From: Spirochaetota bacterium
Lineage (GTDB): Bacteria > Spirochaetota > UBA4802 > JAFGDQ01
Assembly: GCA_043803405.1 (NCBI GenBank)
Contig: JAZDKB010000006.1
Location: forward strand, 64,001-128,000
DNA length: 64,000 nt
Reading direction: 5' to 3'
A program made the translations under genes and the position numbers. Below the pieces are notes generated by a model. It saw nothing but the letters and a program-made list of their open reading frames with translations. It searched no databases and was not told the DNA's origin. Shown here in pieces: positions 18,199 to 29,564 of this stretch; position 1 is the stretch's first letter, and every line of letters begins with the position of its first letter.

Positions 18199-19305
18199 TT
18201 GCCGCGCAAAAAATTATTAAAAGACGTTAAAAGAATAGTAATAAAAATCGGTACTTCAATTATTACCGAGAACGGTGCTATATCCAAAGCGCGGGTTGCA
18301 GAACTGGTATCCGATATAATATCTTTAAAAAAATCCGGTTATTCGGTTATTATTGTTTCTTCCGGGGCAATCAGCGCAGGTGCGGGCGCTTTAAGTGTTA
18401 GCAGGGAGAATGCATCAATACCGAAAAAGCAGGCGCTTGCTGCCATAGGCCAGACTATTCTGATGAACACATGGCGGGAGAGCTTTTTAAAGGAAGGTTG
18501 CGAAGTCGGCCAGATACTGCTTACCGAAGACGATGTAAAAAACAGGGAGCGGTTTATTAATGTGAGGCATACTTTTAATACGCTTCTGGAAATGGGGATT
18601 GTGCCTGTTGTTAATGAAAACGATTCTGTGGTAATTAAAGAAATAAAATTCGGCGATAATGATATATTATCAGCCCATGTGACGAATATTGTTGAAGCGG
18701 GTCTCTTAATTTTGCTTTCGGATATTGACGGTTTTTACAACGATTTATCCGATCCTGAGCCGGTTGAAGAGATATATGCGATAACAAAGGATGTTCTTTC
18801 CAGGGCAGGAAGTTCCGGCAGTATTCATGGGACGGGAGGAATGCTTTCCAAATTAAGGGCAGCGCAAGTAATTATCAGATGCGGCGAAAGGATGATAATC
18901 GCAAACGGAAGATTAAAAGGTATTCTTCCAAGGATAGTAAAGGGAGAAAAGATCGGCACTATTTTTTTCGGGACGGAACAGCTTTGCAGCAGAAAGAGGT
19001 GGATCGCTTTTAATATGAAATCTTCAGGCAGGATAAAAATAGATGACGGCGCAGTAAAAGCCCTGAGCAATAATAAAAAATCATTGCTGTCAACAGGGAT
19101 TATTGATATAGAAGGCAAATTTCATCTTGGCGACGCTGTGGAAATAATAAACACCGTAGGAGATGTAATCGGGAAAGGCATTGTTAATTATAATTTCGAT
19201 GAACTCAATATTATTAAAGGGAAAAAGACAGCGCAGATAAAAGATATCCTCGGCAGTTCATATTTTGATGAAGTAATAAACAGAGATGATCTGATATTAT
19301 ATTAA
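18199..19305 (+). CDS. proB: Glutamate 5-kinase with PUA domain
   Basis: VIKIGTS, VVNENDSV, FGDND, GTGGMLSKL motifs. Confidence 0.96.
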   Translation: MPRKKLLKDVKRIVIKIGTSIITENGAISKARVAELVSDIISLKKSGYSVIIVSSGAISAGAGALSVSRENASIPKKQALAAIGQTILMNTWRESFLKEGCEVGQILLTEDDVKNRERFINVRHTFNTLLEMGIVPVVNENDSVVIKEIKFGDNDILSAHVTNIVEAGLLILLSDIDGFYNDLSDPEPVEEIYAITKDVLSRAGSSGSIHGTGGMLSKLRAAQVIIRCGERMIIANGRLKGILPRIVKGEKIGTIFFGTEQLCSRKRWIAFNMKSSGRIKIDDGAVKALSNNKKSLLSTGIIDIEGKFHLGDAVEIINTVGDVIGKGIVNYNFDELNIIKGKKTAQIKDILGSSYFDEVINRDDLILY

Positions 19306-19317
19306 ATTGGACAATAA

Positions 19318-19408
19318 ACTCATCCCCCTTTCTCCCTTCTCTTAAAAAAAGAGAAGGGAGGGAAAGTTCCCCTTCTTTGCAAAGCAGAGAAGGGGACATG
19401 GGGTGAGT
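19318..19408. repeat. Branched palindromic repeat of the same family as 18131-18182
   Basis: actcatccc...ggggtgagt outer stem; inner stems ctcccttctctt/aagagaagggag and tccccttct/agaagggga. Confidence 0.75.
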
Positions 19409-19425
19409 ATTTCAAGGGAGAAAAT

Positions 19426-22179
19426 ATGTTTTTAGATAATATTTTAAGTATTTTTTTCGGCACTAAACATGAAAGGGATATCAAGAGGCTTCAGCCGCTT
19501 GTTGAGAAAATTAAATCTTTTGAACCTGATATAAAAAAGCTGTCCAATTCGGAAATGCTTGCAAAGACCGGCGAATTCCGAGGACGCATTGAAAAAGGCG
19601 AATCCCTTGACAGTATTTTGCCTGAGGCATTCGCACTGGTAAGAGAAGCCGGCATACGCACTCTCGGTATGAGACATTTCGATGTTCAGCTTATGGGCGG
19701 TGTTGTTCTTCACGAGGGTAAAATAGCTGAGATGAAAACAGGGGAAGGGAAAACGCTGGTTGCCACACTTCCCATTTACCTGAATGCGCTTAGCGGCAAA
19801 GGAGCTTTTCTTGTTACAGTCAACGATTATCTTGCAAAAAGGGACTCGGAGTGGATGGGGCCGATATACAAGTTTTTAGGCCTTACGGTAGGTGTAATTC
19901 AGCATGATATGGATCCCTTTGAAAGACAGGAAGCCTATGCCTGTGATGTAACATACGGAACCAACAACGAATTCGGATTCGATTATCTCCGTGATAACAT
20001 GGTTGAACATAAAAGCCTTCGTGTTCAGAAGTTTTTAAACTATGCCATAGTTGACGAAGTGGACTCAATCCTTATAGACGAGGCGAGAACGCCTCTTATT
20101 ATTTCCGGATCTGCCGAGGAATCCACAAAGAAATATTATCTTGTAAATAAAATTATTCCCAGCCTTAAGGAAAAGGCCGATTACGAAGTAAACGAAAAAG
20201 ACAGGAACGCTCTTTTGACCGAGGACGGGGTCCGCCATGTTGAGCGGTTACTGAAAATAGATAACCTTTATGATAATCAGAATATCGAGCTTGTGCATCA
20301 TGTTAACCAGGCTTTGAAGGCGCATACAATATTTCATAAGGATATAGACTATGTAATAAAAGACGGACAGGTTATTATTGTAGACGAATTTACCGGAAGG
20401 ATAATGCCCGGCAGAAGGTATTCCGACGGCCTGCACCAGGCTCTTGAAGCAAAGGAAAATGTTACAATTGCCAGGGAAAGCCAGACGCTTGCAACAGTAA
20501 CATTTCAGAATTATTTCAGAATGTATAAAAAACTTGCAGGCATGACAGGCACGGCCGATACGGAAGCAGTAGAATTTAAAAAAATATATAATCTCGATGT
20601 GGTAGTTGTTCCGACAAACGTGCCCCTGATACGCCCGGATTATCCGGACAGGATATACAGGACAGAAAATGAAAAATTCAACTCGATTATAAATGAAATA
20701 GAAGAGCTGCAGAGCAAAGGCCAGCCCATACTTGTAGGCACTATTTCCATAGAGAAATCAGAAAAACTTGCGAATCTGCTCAAAAGAAAGGGAATTATAC
20801 ATAATGTCCTTAATGCCAAATATCATGAAAGAGAAGCTAATATTATAGCAGAAGCCGGCAGATCCAGCACAGTTACAATTGCTACAAATATGGCAGGCCG
20901 CGGCACCGACATTGTACTCGGCGGGAGAAAGACATACATGGATGAGCTTGAACATCATGTGCCCATACATGATGTGAAGCTATGGGAGGATTTTAAATTA
21001 ACCGTATATACAAATGATTTTACAAAAGCAGGCGAACTCGCTGAATCAATGAGCGGGCAGGATAAGCTGAAAGCGAAAGACATTGTTCGCATGGGAAGCG
21101 ACTGGATACAGGATCATGAAAAAGTAGTAGCGGCCGGTGGTCTCCATATTCTGGGCACTGAGAGACACGAAGCGCGGCGTATCGACAACCAGCTGAGAGG
21201 GCGGTCGGGCAGGCAGGGTGACCCTGGTTCATCAAGATTCTATCTTTCTCTTGAAGACGACCTTATGCGGATTTTCGGCTCTGAAAGAATATCTTCAGTT
21301 ATGCAGAAGCTTGGGATGGAAGAGGGGCAGGAGATCGAGAGTAAAATGGTGAGCAAAGCCATTGCCAATGCGCAGAAACGCGTTGAAGGCAGGAACTTTG
21401 AGATAAGGAAGCATCTTCTGGAATATGACGATGTAATGAACAGCCAGCGCGAATATATTTATAAATTCAGGAACGAGATTTTGGACGGTGCCGATATTTC
21501 ACAAAAGATCAAAGAGTACATTCATGATATTTGTGAAAATGCTGTGGATATTTATTCGGGCGGGCATCGGAGCTCCGATGACTGGGATGTCGATGGATTG
21601 AAAGGATTTTTTAAGACCAGGTTTTTGCTGGATATTGATTATCCCGGCGCTCTTTCGGTTAAAGATTTTCAGATGAAGATAAATGATGAATTATTGAATC
21701 AGTACAAACTAAAAGAAGCTGAGCTTCCTCCTGAAGATATGAGAACGCTTGAACGTCTTATAGCGCTTCAGGCAATTGACACAAAATGGCGCGAACACCT
21801 TTTATCTATGGACGAATTGCGTGATGGAATATGGACAACAGGCTATAGCGAAAAGAATCCGCTTGTGGAATACAAACTTCAGGGAATGGATATATTCAGG
21901 CAGATGATGGACCTCCTTAAACAGGATATTGTAGAATATTTATTAAAGGTTCAGGTTAAAGAAGTGATTAAACAGGAACCCGAATATGATTATGTGCCGA
22001 TGGGAGGCGAATTCCATGCAGAAGTCGAACAATTCGGCGCAGGCGGAATCCCTTTATCTGCCCCTAAACCTCAGCAGCAGATGCCTGTCAGAAAATCGCA
22101 CGCATCTGACGATGAAGAGGATGATGAGGCACATGCAGGCGTGAAAAGAAAAAAGACGAGAAGAAGCAGAAGGAGATAA
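19426..22179 (+). CDS. secA: Preprotein translocase ATPase SecA
   Basis: [47 protein letters not shown] motifs. Confidence 0.98.
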   Translation: MFLDNILSIFFGTKHERDIKRLQPLVEKIKSFEPDIKKLSNSEMLAKTGEFRGRIEKGESLDSILPEAFALVREAGIRTLGMRHFDVQLMGGVVLHEGKIAEMKTGEGKTLVATLPIYLNALSGKGAFLVTVNDYLAKRDSEWMGPIYKFLGLTVGVIQHDMDPFERQEAYACDVTYGTNNEFGFDYLRDNMVEHKSLRVQKFLNYAIVDEVDSILIDEARTPLIISGSAEESTKKYYLVNKIIPSLKEKADYEVNEKDRNALLTEDGVRHVERLLKIDNLYDNQNIELVHHVNQALKAHTIFHKDIDYVIKDGQVIIVDEFTGRIMPGRRYSDGLHQALEAKENVTIARESQTLATVTFQNYFRMYKKLAGMTGTADTEAVEFKKIYNLDVVVVPTNVPLIRPDYPDRIYRTENEKFNSIINEIEELQSKGQPILVGTISIEKSEKLANLLKRKGIIHNVLNAKYHEREANIIAEAGRSSTVTIATNMAGRGTDIVLGGRKTYMDELEHHVPIHDVKLWEDFKLTVYTNDFTKAGELAESMSGQDKLKAKDIVRMGSDWIQDHEKVVAAGGLHILGTERHEARRIDNQLRGRSGRQGDPGSSRFYLSLEDDLMRIFGSERISSVMQKLGMEEGQEIESKMVSKAIANAQKRVEGRNFEIRKHLLEYDDVMNSQREYIYKFRNEILDGADISQKIKEYIHDICENAVDIYSGGHRSSDDWDVDGLKGFFKTRFLLDIDYPGALSVKDFQMKINDELLNQYKLKEAELPPEDMRTLERLIALQAIDTKWREHLLSMDELRDGIWTTGYSEKNPLVEYKLQGMDIFRQMMDLLKQDIVEYLLKVQVKEVIKQEPEYDYVPMGGEFHAEVEQFGAGGIPLSAPKPQQQMPVRKSHASDDEEDDEAHAGVKRKKTRRSRRR

Positions 22180-22183
22180 ATAA

Positions 22184-23548
22184 ATGTCCTCACAACTTAT
22201 GAAAAGCGTTTCCGGGATCAGGGGTGTAGTCGGGGACACTCTTACCCCGGATCTGATAGTAAAAGTTGCGTCTGCATTTGCAAAATATACAAAGAACGGA
22301 CAAATCGTTGTAGGCCGCGATACGCGCCCCACCGGATCTGCCATCTCGGATATTCTGGAATCCGTTCTTATCCTTTCCGGATGCGATGTAATCGATATAG
22401 GAATTGTGCCTACCCCTACTGTGGAACTAATGGTGAGAAATCTGAAGGCAGACGGCGGCATAATGATTTCCGCTTCACATAATCCGGTAGAATGGAATGC
22501 TTTTAAACTGATCAATAATAGCGGGGTCTTTTTAAACGAAAAAGAGATAGCCAGGTTTTTTGAATATCTGGATGCGGAGTTTAGGTATGTTCCATGGAAT
22601 AAGACCGGTAAGATAACTTATAACTTAAGTGCAGAAAGTGTTCATGTAAAAAAGGTCATAAGCGTAATTAATAAAAATAAAATAAGAAAGAAAAATTACA
22701 AAGTTGTGCTTGATTCCGTAAACGGCGCCGGATCTGAAATTACACTTAGGCTGCTGTCGGAGCTGAACTGCAAAATTGTGCCGCTATACTGCGACATCAC
22801 TGCGCCTTTTCCGAGAGGCGCGGAACCTGTTCCCGAAAACCTGAAAGACCTTGCAAAGGCGGTGAAGAAGTATGGCGCCGATATAGGCTTCGCCCAGGAC
22901 CCGGACGCAGACAGGCTTGCGATTGTTGATGAAAACGGAAACCCTATTGGTGAAGAAAATACTCTTGCCCTGGCAACGGATCATCTTCTTTCCAAAAAGA
23001 AGGGAAGAGTGGTAATAAATCTTTCTACAACAAAGGCGATCGAAGATATTGCAAAAAGACATGGTGTGAATGTAAAGAGGACAAAGGTCGGCGAGATAAA
23101 CGTTACTGACGAAATGAGAAGAAACGGCGCGAGAATAGGCGGCGAGGGCAACGGCGGTGTTATTTCGCCGGAGATCAACATGGGCAGGGACAGCCTTGCA
23201 GGCATAGGCTATGTGCTCGAAATGATGGCCGAACGCAACCTGAGCGTATCCGGGCTGGTAAGCAGCCTTCCGCAGTATGTAATGAAGAAAGGGAAAATAG
23301 CTGTCGGGGATGCCGGGAAAAACAAAGTAATGCTGGATAAAATCGCGAACCAATTTAAAACCGAAAAGATTACTACCATAGATGGATTAAGAATTGACTT
23401 TGTAAAACATGATGAATTTAAAGACGGATGGGTGCACCTAAGACCGTCAAACACCGAACCTATATTCAGGATCATTACCGAAGGCAAAGACGCTTCACAG
23501 GCAGCAAAAATTTATAATCATTTTGTAAAGATGTTTAACGGGAAATAA
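22184..23548 (+). CDS. glmM: Phosphoglucosamine mutase / alpha-D-phosphohexomutase
   Basis: ISASHNP, DPDADR, GGEGNGG, RPSNTEP motifs. Confidence 0.8.
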   Translation: MSSQLMKSVSGIRGVVGDTLTPDLIVKVASAFAKYTKNGQIVVGRDTRPTGSAISDILESVLILSGCDVIDIGIVPTPTVELMVRNLKADGGIMISASHNPVEWNAFKLINNSGVFLNEKEIARFFEYLDAEFRYVPWNKTGKITYNLSAESVHVKKVISVINKNKIRKKNYKVVLDSVNGAGSEITLRLLSELNCKIVPLYCDITAPFPRGAEPVPENLKDLAKAVKKYGADIGFAQDPDADRLAIVDENGNPIGEENTLALATDHLLSKKKGRVVINLSTTKAIEDIAKRHGVNVKRTKVGEINVTDEMRRNGARIGGEGNGGVISPEINMGRDSLAGIGYVLEMMAERNLSVSGLVSSLPQYVMKKGKIAVGDAGKNKVMLDKIANQFKTEKITTIDGLRIDFVKHDEFKDGWVHLRPSNTEPIFRIITEGKDASQAAKIYNHFVKMFNGK

Positions 23549-23775
23549 TTGATATTACTGTTATCCCTGTCATTCTTGTTCCTATCTATTAAATATCTGC
23601 ATCAAATATGTTAAGATATTACCTTCTTTTTAATGTTTAATAAATTTGTTTAGAACCTGCTTATATTAAATCGTATTCTCCGCCTTTTATACTGTACCTT
23701 AAACATTAATTATTATGGAACCTTTCGCTTAATTAAAAGGTCTAATCTTTCAAATAAGTAAAAGGAGTAAATATT

Positions 23776-24132
23776 ATGAATAAAAAATTAGTCATTCTCG
23801 CAATACTGGCAGCATCTCTTATTGCAGCCGGCGACTTATCGGCATGGGGACGCAGAGGCGGTTACTGTGACGGTCCGGGAGCAGGGTATGGGGCGGGCCC
23901 CAGACATCTGGAATACATGCAATCAGAACTTGGACTTTCTGATCAGCAGGTAAAGCAGATATTTGATATCGGAACTCAATACAGGCAGAAATATTTTGAA
24001 AACAGGAATAATACTGACAAAATAGATGAGCTTAGAATTGAGCATCGTAAAGCCGTCCAGTCGGTGCTGACAAAAGAACAGCAGGAAAAGTTTAATAAAA
24101 TACGCAATAATAACTGCCGTAACAGATGGTAA
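23776..24132 (+). CDS. Spy/CpxP-like secreted protein
   Basis: Signal peptide; LGLSDQQ and LTKEQ (LTXXQ-type) motifs. Confidence 0.7.
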   Translation: MNKKLVILAILAASLIAAGDLSAWGRRGGYCDGPGAGYGAGPRHLEYMQSELGLSDQQVKQIFDIGTQYRQKYFENRNNTDKIDELRIEHRKAVQSVLTKEQQEKFNKIRNNNCRNRW

Positions 24133-24222
24133 GATGATCAACAGTAATGTGATTAAGCGCTGACATTTTAACAATGCAGCGCTTACCATTAATTCAAAAT
24201 TTTGATGTAAGAGAGGCATAAC

Positions 24223-24537
24223 ATGAAGCGAATAACAACACTTATAACTTTACTGATTCTGACTCTTCCTGTTGCTTTAATGGCCAGATGGCGGGGCGAT
24301 GGATACGGATTTGGATGCGATTTAGGCTTTAATCGTTACTTTGGTTTTGGAGGCGGCATTATGATGATAACCGGTATTATTATACTGGCATTGCTGATTT
24401 TCCTGGCAATCAAAATGATTAACGGGGGAAATTCTAATCCATTTAAAACGCAGGATCCTTTAAATATATTAAAATCCCGTTATGCAAAAGGAGAAATCAG
24501 CAAAGAACAATTTAATGAAATGAAAAGGGAAATTTAA
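24223..24537 (+). CDS. SHOCT-domain membrane protein
   Basis: ILKSRYAKGEISKEQFNEMK. Confidence 0.85.
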   Translation: MKRITTLITLLILTLPVALMARWRGDGYGFGCDLGFNRYFGFGGGIMMITGIIILALLIFLAIKMINGGNSNPFKTQDPLNILKSRYAKGEISKEQFNEMKREI

Positions 24538-24598
24538 TTATTATCAGGTTTTGATCAAAAGATCAAAAGTTGTTTTATTGATCAACTTCCAATAAATT

Positions 24599-24642
24599 AA
24601 TAAACATCATGGCTGTGGAGAACGCTGGCCATGATGTTTATT
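24599..24642. terminator. Bidirectional terminator hairpin
   Basis: aataaacatcatggc/gccatgatgtttatt 15-bp IR between convergent genes. Confidence 0.7.
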
Positions 24643-24643
24643 T

Positions 24644-25651
24644 TTACATGATTTTTTCTGTTTTTTTTGACTTAATGGATTTGTAAGCTGATTCTACCAG
24701 CTTAAGTTCCAGCTTAATCCTTTCAAGTGAAGGTTTCCACGGAACATTATTAATATAGTCTTCAATGAATGACCTATGCATTGCTTTGAATCCCAGAAGA
24801 TCAAAAGGATTAATAAATATAATGCGCTTCTTTTTGCCGTGTACGGAAAAGAACAGCCCGTTGCTTTCAAAAGTAATAAGACCGTCTGTGCCGTATATCT
24901 TTGAAAGGCTCATTCCCATAGCCGGATTTACGATTCGCCAGGAATGTAAAAGCTTTCCGACTGAGCCGTTTTTAAAAGCGACATTCAGCATTATAGAATC
25001 TTCAAAAGGGATGTCGGTTTTATATTTTACTTCAGGTTTAAATGCCGCGACTTCGACCGGGACCGAACCGGCAATGGAAACAAGAGCGTTTATCCAGTGA
25101 ACCCCGCCTTCCAGAAGCGCGCCCCCGCCCATCATTTCTTTATTTATTCGCCATCCGCTTTTAGTTGAAACTCCGGTTTTATTCAGCTCAATAAAAAGAA
25201 CATCCCCAATAAAACCTTCTTCAATATATCTTCTTATTTTTTTTATTATAGGCTTATAAAAATAATTTTCCGCAACAGCACATCTCACTTTATTTTTTTT
25301 AACCGCATTTTCTATTGCTGACAGTTCTTTTAGATTCCTGGTCACGGGTTTTTCAATAATTATGTCTTTATGGTTATTTGCCGCCATTACCGCGAGCCCG
25401 GAATGCAAAGCAGGCGGTGTTGTGATGAAGGCAATATCAAATGATCCGGAGACAAGCGCTTCTTTGTAGGAGCCGAAATACTGACTGCTCTTAAATGTAT
25501 CGGAAAAGCTCTTTGCTTTTTCTTCGCTTCGGCTTGCAAATAAAAGTTCAATAGCGGGATATAGCTTTTTTAAAATTCTGGCATGCCTGGAAGCAATGTC
25601 GCCGCACCCGATAAAACAAATACGCGGTAATTTATTTTTCATATTATTCAT
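24644..25651 (-). CDS. Gfo/Idh/MocA family oxidoreductase
   Basis: FIGCGDIA, IIEKP, GGGALLEGGVH motifs. Confidence 0.92.
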   Translation of the reverse strand: MNNMKNKLPRICFIGCGDIASRHARILKKLYPAIELLFASRSEEKAKSFSDTFKSSQYFGSYKEALVSGSFDIAFITTPPALHSGLAVMAANNHKDIIIEKPVTRNLKELSAIENAVKKNKVRCAVAENYFYKPIIKKIRRYIEEGFIGDVLFIELNKTGVSTKSGWRINKEMMGGGALLEGGVHWINALVSIAGSVPVEVAAFKPEVKYKTDIPFEDSIMLNVAFKNGSVGKLLHSWRIVNPAMGMSLSKIYGTDGLITFESNGLFFSVHGKKKRIIFINPFDLLGFKAMHRSFIEDYINNVPWKPSLERIKLELKLVESAYKSIKSKKTEKIM

Positions 25652-25848
25652 TATTATTATTATTATTCAGTTGTGGGTTCAATAAAATTATAGCTGATTA
25701 ATTATAAATATTTATCATATTCTGATATTTATTAATTTATTATTGTTTACTGTCAACTATAATCATTGTTTAACACAATATAAGATGTTCTTGACAACTG
25801 GTTATATACTGTTTTATAAAATAGTTAAATATCAGCGGGGCAAAATGC

Positions 25849-26910
25849 ATGAAGAAATATATCATATTAGTTATTTTTATTTTTTTGTTTAGCTGCGGCA
25901 GATGGAAAACCACAAAAATGAAATCCGCGCAAATGTGTCTTTTAAATCCCGGAGACTCACTCGGTAGTGTTATGCTTAAATATGACGATAACGATATACT
26001 CGATATCTCATTTAAAATCGCAGTGCATCAGGGCAATATATATGTTGCTGATAATATTTTGAAAAGAATGCAAATACTTAACAAGAATTGCGAACCAGTG
26101 TTATTAATCGGAGAAAAAAAATCCGGCATAGGCGAAAACAGCCCGGCCAGGTATTCTAAGTTCCAGTTCAGCATAATAGAAGCGATAGCCGTTGACTCCA
26201 ACCGAAATATTTTTGTCCAGAACAGTTTCACATCTTCGCAAAAACATAATAATGTACCAGGCAGGGACGCAGGATTCGCATTATCATATATACCGGTTTT
26301 TGACCAGAAGGGAACCCTTCTCTATACGCTCGGGAAGACCGGTTCTCCAGATATGCCATTCAACGCTATAGAAAGCCTTACTATCGATAAAGCAGACAGG
26401 TTATTTGTAATTACAAAATCTTTAGATACATGGAGCGTGTATCGTTTTTTAAATAAAAGAAGGGATTTTAATATTAATTTCAGTGAGAGCGATTTTAAAG
26501 ATCACGAAGGCAAAGAAGCATATTCCGGAAAAATTGAAAAGGTCGTTGCGCATCAAAGCGGCGATGAAATTTTGATATCTGTCGCTTATTATCACGCGGC
26601 TGATTTTAAATACAGAAAAATATTTACTTATTCAATTCAAAAGGAAAAGATTCTTGCTGCATCTATTATAATCCCTGATCCTAAAAATGAACTCTTTAAT
26701 ATTTCCAATGACAAAATTTATTTATGGGATATTGATGAAAAAAACATAAGATATATGATTTGTAATCTGAAGGGAGATGTAATAAATAATATTTCAATTA
26801 AATTCCCGGAAGCAGTTAATTCATTTGATGAGATATTAATAGACTCTTCTGGAAATTTTTATTCATACCATGGTTTAAAGAGAGGAGTTGAAATCCTGGA
26901 ATGGAGATAA
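25849..26910 (+). CDS. Hypothetical lipoprotein, probably NHL/beta-propeller
   Basis: Lipobox LFSC; IAVDSNRNIFV and LTIDKADRLFV propeller-like repeats. Confidence 0.7.
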   Translation: MKKYIILVIFIFLFSCGRWKTTKMKSAQMCLLNPGDSLGSVMLKYDDNDILDISFKIAVHQGNIYVADNILKRMQILNKNCEPVLLIGEKKSGIGENSPARYSKFQFSIIEAIAVDSNRNIFVQNSFTSSQKHNNVPGRDAGFALSYIPVFDQKGTLLYTLGKTGSPDMPFNAIESLTIDKADRLFVITKSLDTWSVYRFLNKRRDFNINFSESDFKDHEGKEAYSGKIEKVVAHQSGDEILISVAYYHAADFKYRKIFTYSIQKEKILAASIIIPDPKNELFNISNDKIYLWDIDEKNIRYMICNLKGDVINNISIKFPEAVNSFDEILIDSSGNFYSYHGLKRGVEILEWR

Positions 26911-26955
26911 CCGGGATCGGATTACAATGAGAATGATCTCCGGAGGAATATTTCA

Positions 26956-28533
26956 ATGAAAGTCGTTACAGCCGAAGAAATGCAGAGAATCGACAGGATC
27001 ACGATTGATGATACAGGTATTCCGGGTGAAGTGCTAATGGGATATGCCGGCAAATCAATAGCCGACTATGTAATTTCTTCCTTCGATTCATTAAAAAAAA
27101 TAGCCGTATTTTCCGGGACAGGGAATAACGGAGGTGACGGCTTTGTCATTGCGTATTTTCTTTTTAACAGGGGATTTGAAGTAGATATATATATAGCGGG
27201 AGATATTCATAAGATTTCAGATACTTCAAATGTATATCTGAACGTATGCAGAAAAAGCAGCATCAAAATTATTTTGATTGAAGACGAATTGGATAAAATT
27301 AACCTTGAGTGCTATGACCTGATAATTGACGCATTGCTGGGTACCGGTTTCAGGGGAAGCCCCAGGGGTGTCGTAAAGGATGTTATTGAGAAAGTTAACG
27401 ACTCTTCTGTAGAAGTGCTCTCTGTAGATTTGCCGAGCGGCCTTCCTTCCGACGGCGAGGCTCCCCGGGGTGCTGTTGTGAATGCTGACTATACTGTTAC
27501 GATCGGCCTGCCGAAAGTGTCGCTCGTTACGCATCCCGGAATCCGCTACACTGGACGTCTTCACATTACCGATATAGGGTTTCCAGCAACGCTTTCCGCT
27601 TCGCCTGAGCTTCGGATCGATCTTCTTGACAGCGATTATGCAAAGCGGCATATTAATTTATCTCTTGATGCCGATTCGCATAAAGGCAAAGCAGGCCACC
27701 TTTTGCTTGCGGGCGGATTTGACGGCATGGAGGGCGCAATAATAATGTCGGCTATGTCCGCGTTTGAAACAGGTGTAGGCCTTGCGACATTACTTACAAC
27801 GGAAAATGCCAGAAAAATTATTGCAGGCAGGATCCCGGAACTTATTACCAGAACATTGCCTCCCTTTAATCTACAGAATCAACCGGATAATATCCTTAAA
27901 GAAATTACTGATTTTTTTAAAGAAGACAGGCATTATGATGCCATGATTTTAGGCCCTGGTATGGGCAGAACCGGATACGCATCGGTTATATTTAATTTTA
28001 TTATTGATAATATAAAACACAGCGGGATTAAAAAAGTTTTAATTGACGGTGACGGGCTTTATCATTTATCGGAATATTTAAAAACAAAAACCCTGCCAAA
28101 AAATATTTCATTCGTTTTAACTCCTCATTTCAGTGAAGCGTCGAGATTACTTGAAATGCCGGTTGATGAAATAATAAATAACAGGCTTAGTTCTGCAAAA
28201 GAACTGGCTAAACGGACTTCGTCTGTGGTTTTACTTAAGGGTCCGGCGACAATTATTACGGACGGAAACAATACACTGATAAATTCTACAGGAAATCCCG
28301 CACTCGGGACAGCCGGTTCCGGAGACGTTCTTTCAGGTATTATCGGAGCGCTATTTTTAAGGAACATGGCTGTTCCTGATTCTGCAGGCATTGGGGCATA
28401 TGTTCACGGCCTATCAGGAGATATTTATGTTGAAGAGAATAATGTGCAGATTCTAAAAGCGACTGATATTATAAATAATATTCGCCTGTCTCTTGAGATA
28501 ATTATGGAGAATGATGCCGATGTAAATATTTAG
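26956..28533 (+). CDS. nnr: Bifunctional NAD(P)H-hydrate epimerase/dehydratase
   Basis: GTGNNGGDG, DALLGTG, SVDLPSG, HKG, LTPH, TAGSGDVLSG motifs. Confidence 0.95.
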   Translation: MKVVTAEEMQRIDRITIDDTGIPGEVLMGYAGKSIADYVISSFDSLKKIAVFSGTGNNGGDGFVIAYFLFNRGFEVDIYIAGDIHKISDTSNVYLNVCRKSSIKIILIEDELDKINLECYDLIIDALLGTGFRGSPRGVVKDVIEKVNDSSVEVLSVDLPSGLPSDGEAPRGAVVNADYTVTIGLPKVSLVTHPGIRYTGRLHITDIGFPATLSASPELRIDLLDSDYAKRHINLSLDADSHKGKAGHLLLAGGFDGMEGAIIMSAMSAFETGVGLATLLTTENARKIIAGRIPELITRTLPPFNLQNQPDNILKEITDFFKEDRHYDAMILGPGMGRTGYASVIFNFIIDNIKHSGIKKVLIDGDGLYHLSEYLKTKTLPKNISFVLTPHFSEASRLLEMPVDEIINNRLSSAKELAKRTSSVVLLKGPATIITDGNNTLINSTGNPALGTAGSGDVLSGIIGALFLRNMAVPDSAGIGAYVHGLSGDIYVEENNVQILKATDIINNIRLSLEIIMENDADVNI

Positions 28534-28659
28534 GAAGAAATGCAGAAGCTCATTTTTATCATGTTAAATACAAGTCATCTCAAAATTAAGATTAATATTC
28601 AATTTAAAGTCAGCTAATAAAATTTTATTTATAAGATGGGGTTAATAATAATTTATTTC

Positions 28660-29202
28660 TTAGAAGGAGCACTTTTTCACAGCCTCAATAAATTCCTTCA
28701 TCATTGTAAGGTTTTTTACTCCGTCTTTTTCGACACTGCTGGAAACATCAACGCCAAAAGGATGAATTTCACGGATAATATCACATACATTGTCCTTGTT
28801 AAGTCCGCCGGCAATCAAAAGCTTATCCGATCTGTTTTTAATCCATTCAGGAAATTTTTTAAAAACACCGCTGCCTGCGCTGGCATCATAAATAAAAAAT
28901 TCATATTTAATACCGGGAGGAGGCATATCTTTTGACGCAAATGCTAGATTGGGCAATTGTCTGATTTCATATATTTGTATATAATCGAAAGCATGTGCAG
29001 CTTCTTCAACATCGCAAAAATTTATACCGACAACAAAAGTTTTAATTCTGCCTTTTGCGTATTCTGCTAATTTTATTGCATTTTCAGGAGGGCAATAGCG
29101 TTTACTTTTTTTGTAAGTGACAATTCCGATTGCATCATATCCGTACTCAATCGCTTTATCTATTTGTTCTTTTGTTTTTAATCCGCAAACCTTAGTGAAC
29201 AT
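28660..29202 (-). CDS. trpF: Phosphoribosylanthranilate isomerase (short, standalone)
   Basis: KVCGL, IAGGLN..NV, GVDVSSSVE motifs. Confidence 0.88.
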   Translation of the reverse strand: MFTKVCGLKTKEQIDKAIEYGYDAIGIVTYKKSKRYCPPENAIKLAEYAKGRIKTFVVGINFCDVEEAAHAFDYIQIYEIRQLPNLAFASKDMPPPGIKYEFFIYDASAGSGVFKKFPEWIKNRSDKLLIAGGLNKDNVCDIIREIHPFGVDVSSSVEKDGVKNLTMMKEFIEAVKKCSF

Positions 29203-29255
29203 GTATAACTCTCTATTCTTCCAATAGGAATTTCTTTAAGATCTGACGAACAGGA

Positions 29256-29564
29256 TTATACTCTCCTTCTATCGGTAATTACCCTTCGATCGCTTAGGCG
29301 TCTTTCCGTATTAACTTCAATCGTTTCATTTGTTCCTGCGAGTTCCACTTTAACATTGCTAAATCCGATTGTTAATATCCTTCGGTCATTAGCGCGCGCT
29401 GTCCCTCTGTTCATGAATAATCTTCTTTCGTTAATTCGTCTGTCGAACACTCCTCCATGATTACGGGAAAACTTGTAAAATATAAAATATCCTGTAATTA
29501 ATAGAATTTCGATGATTAAAAAAATATAGAATTCTGCATCAAATGCTATTAAATTGTTAAACAT
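29256..29564 (-). CDS. Small membrane protein with repeated ERR/DRR motifs
   Basis: One TM helix, then DRR, ERR, DRR, ERR, DRR, DRRR; GGAG Shine-Dalgarno. Confidence 0.65.
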   Translation of the reverse strand: MFNNLIAFDAEFYIFLIIEILLITGYFIFYKFSRNHGGVFDRRINERRLFMNRGTARANDRRILTIGFSNVKVELAGTNETIEVNTERRLSDRRVITDRRRV

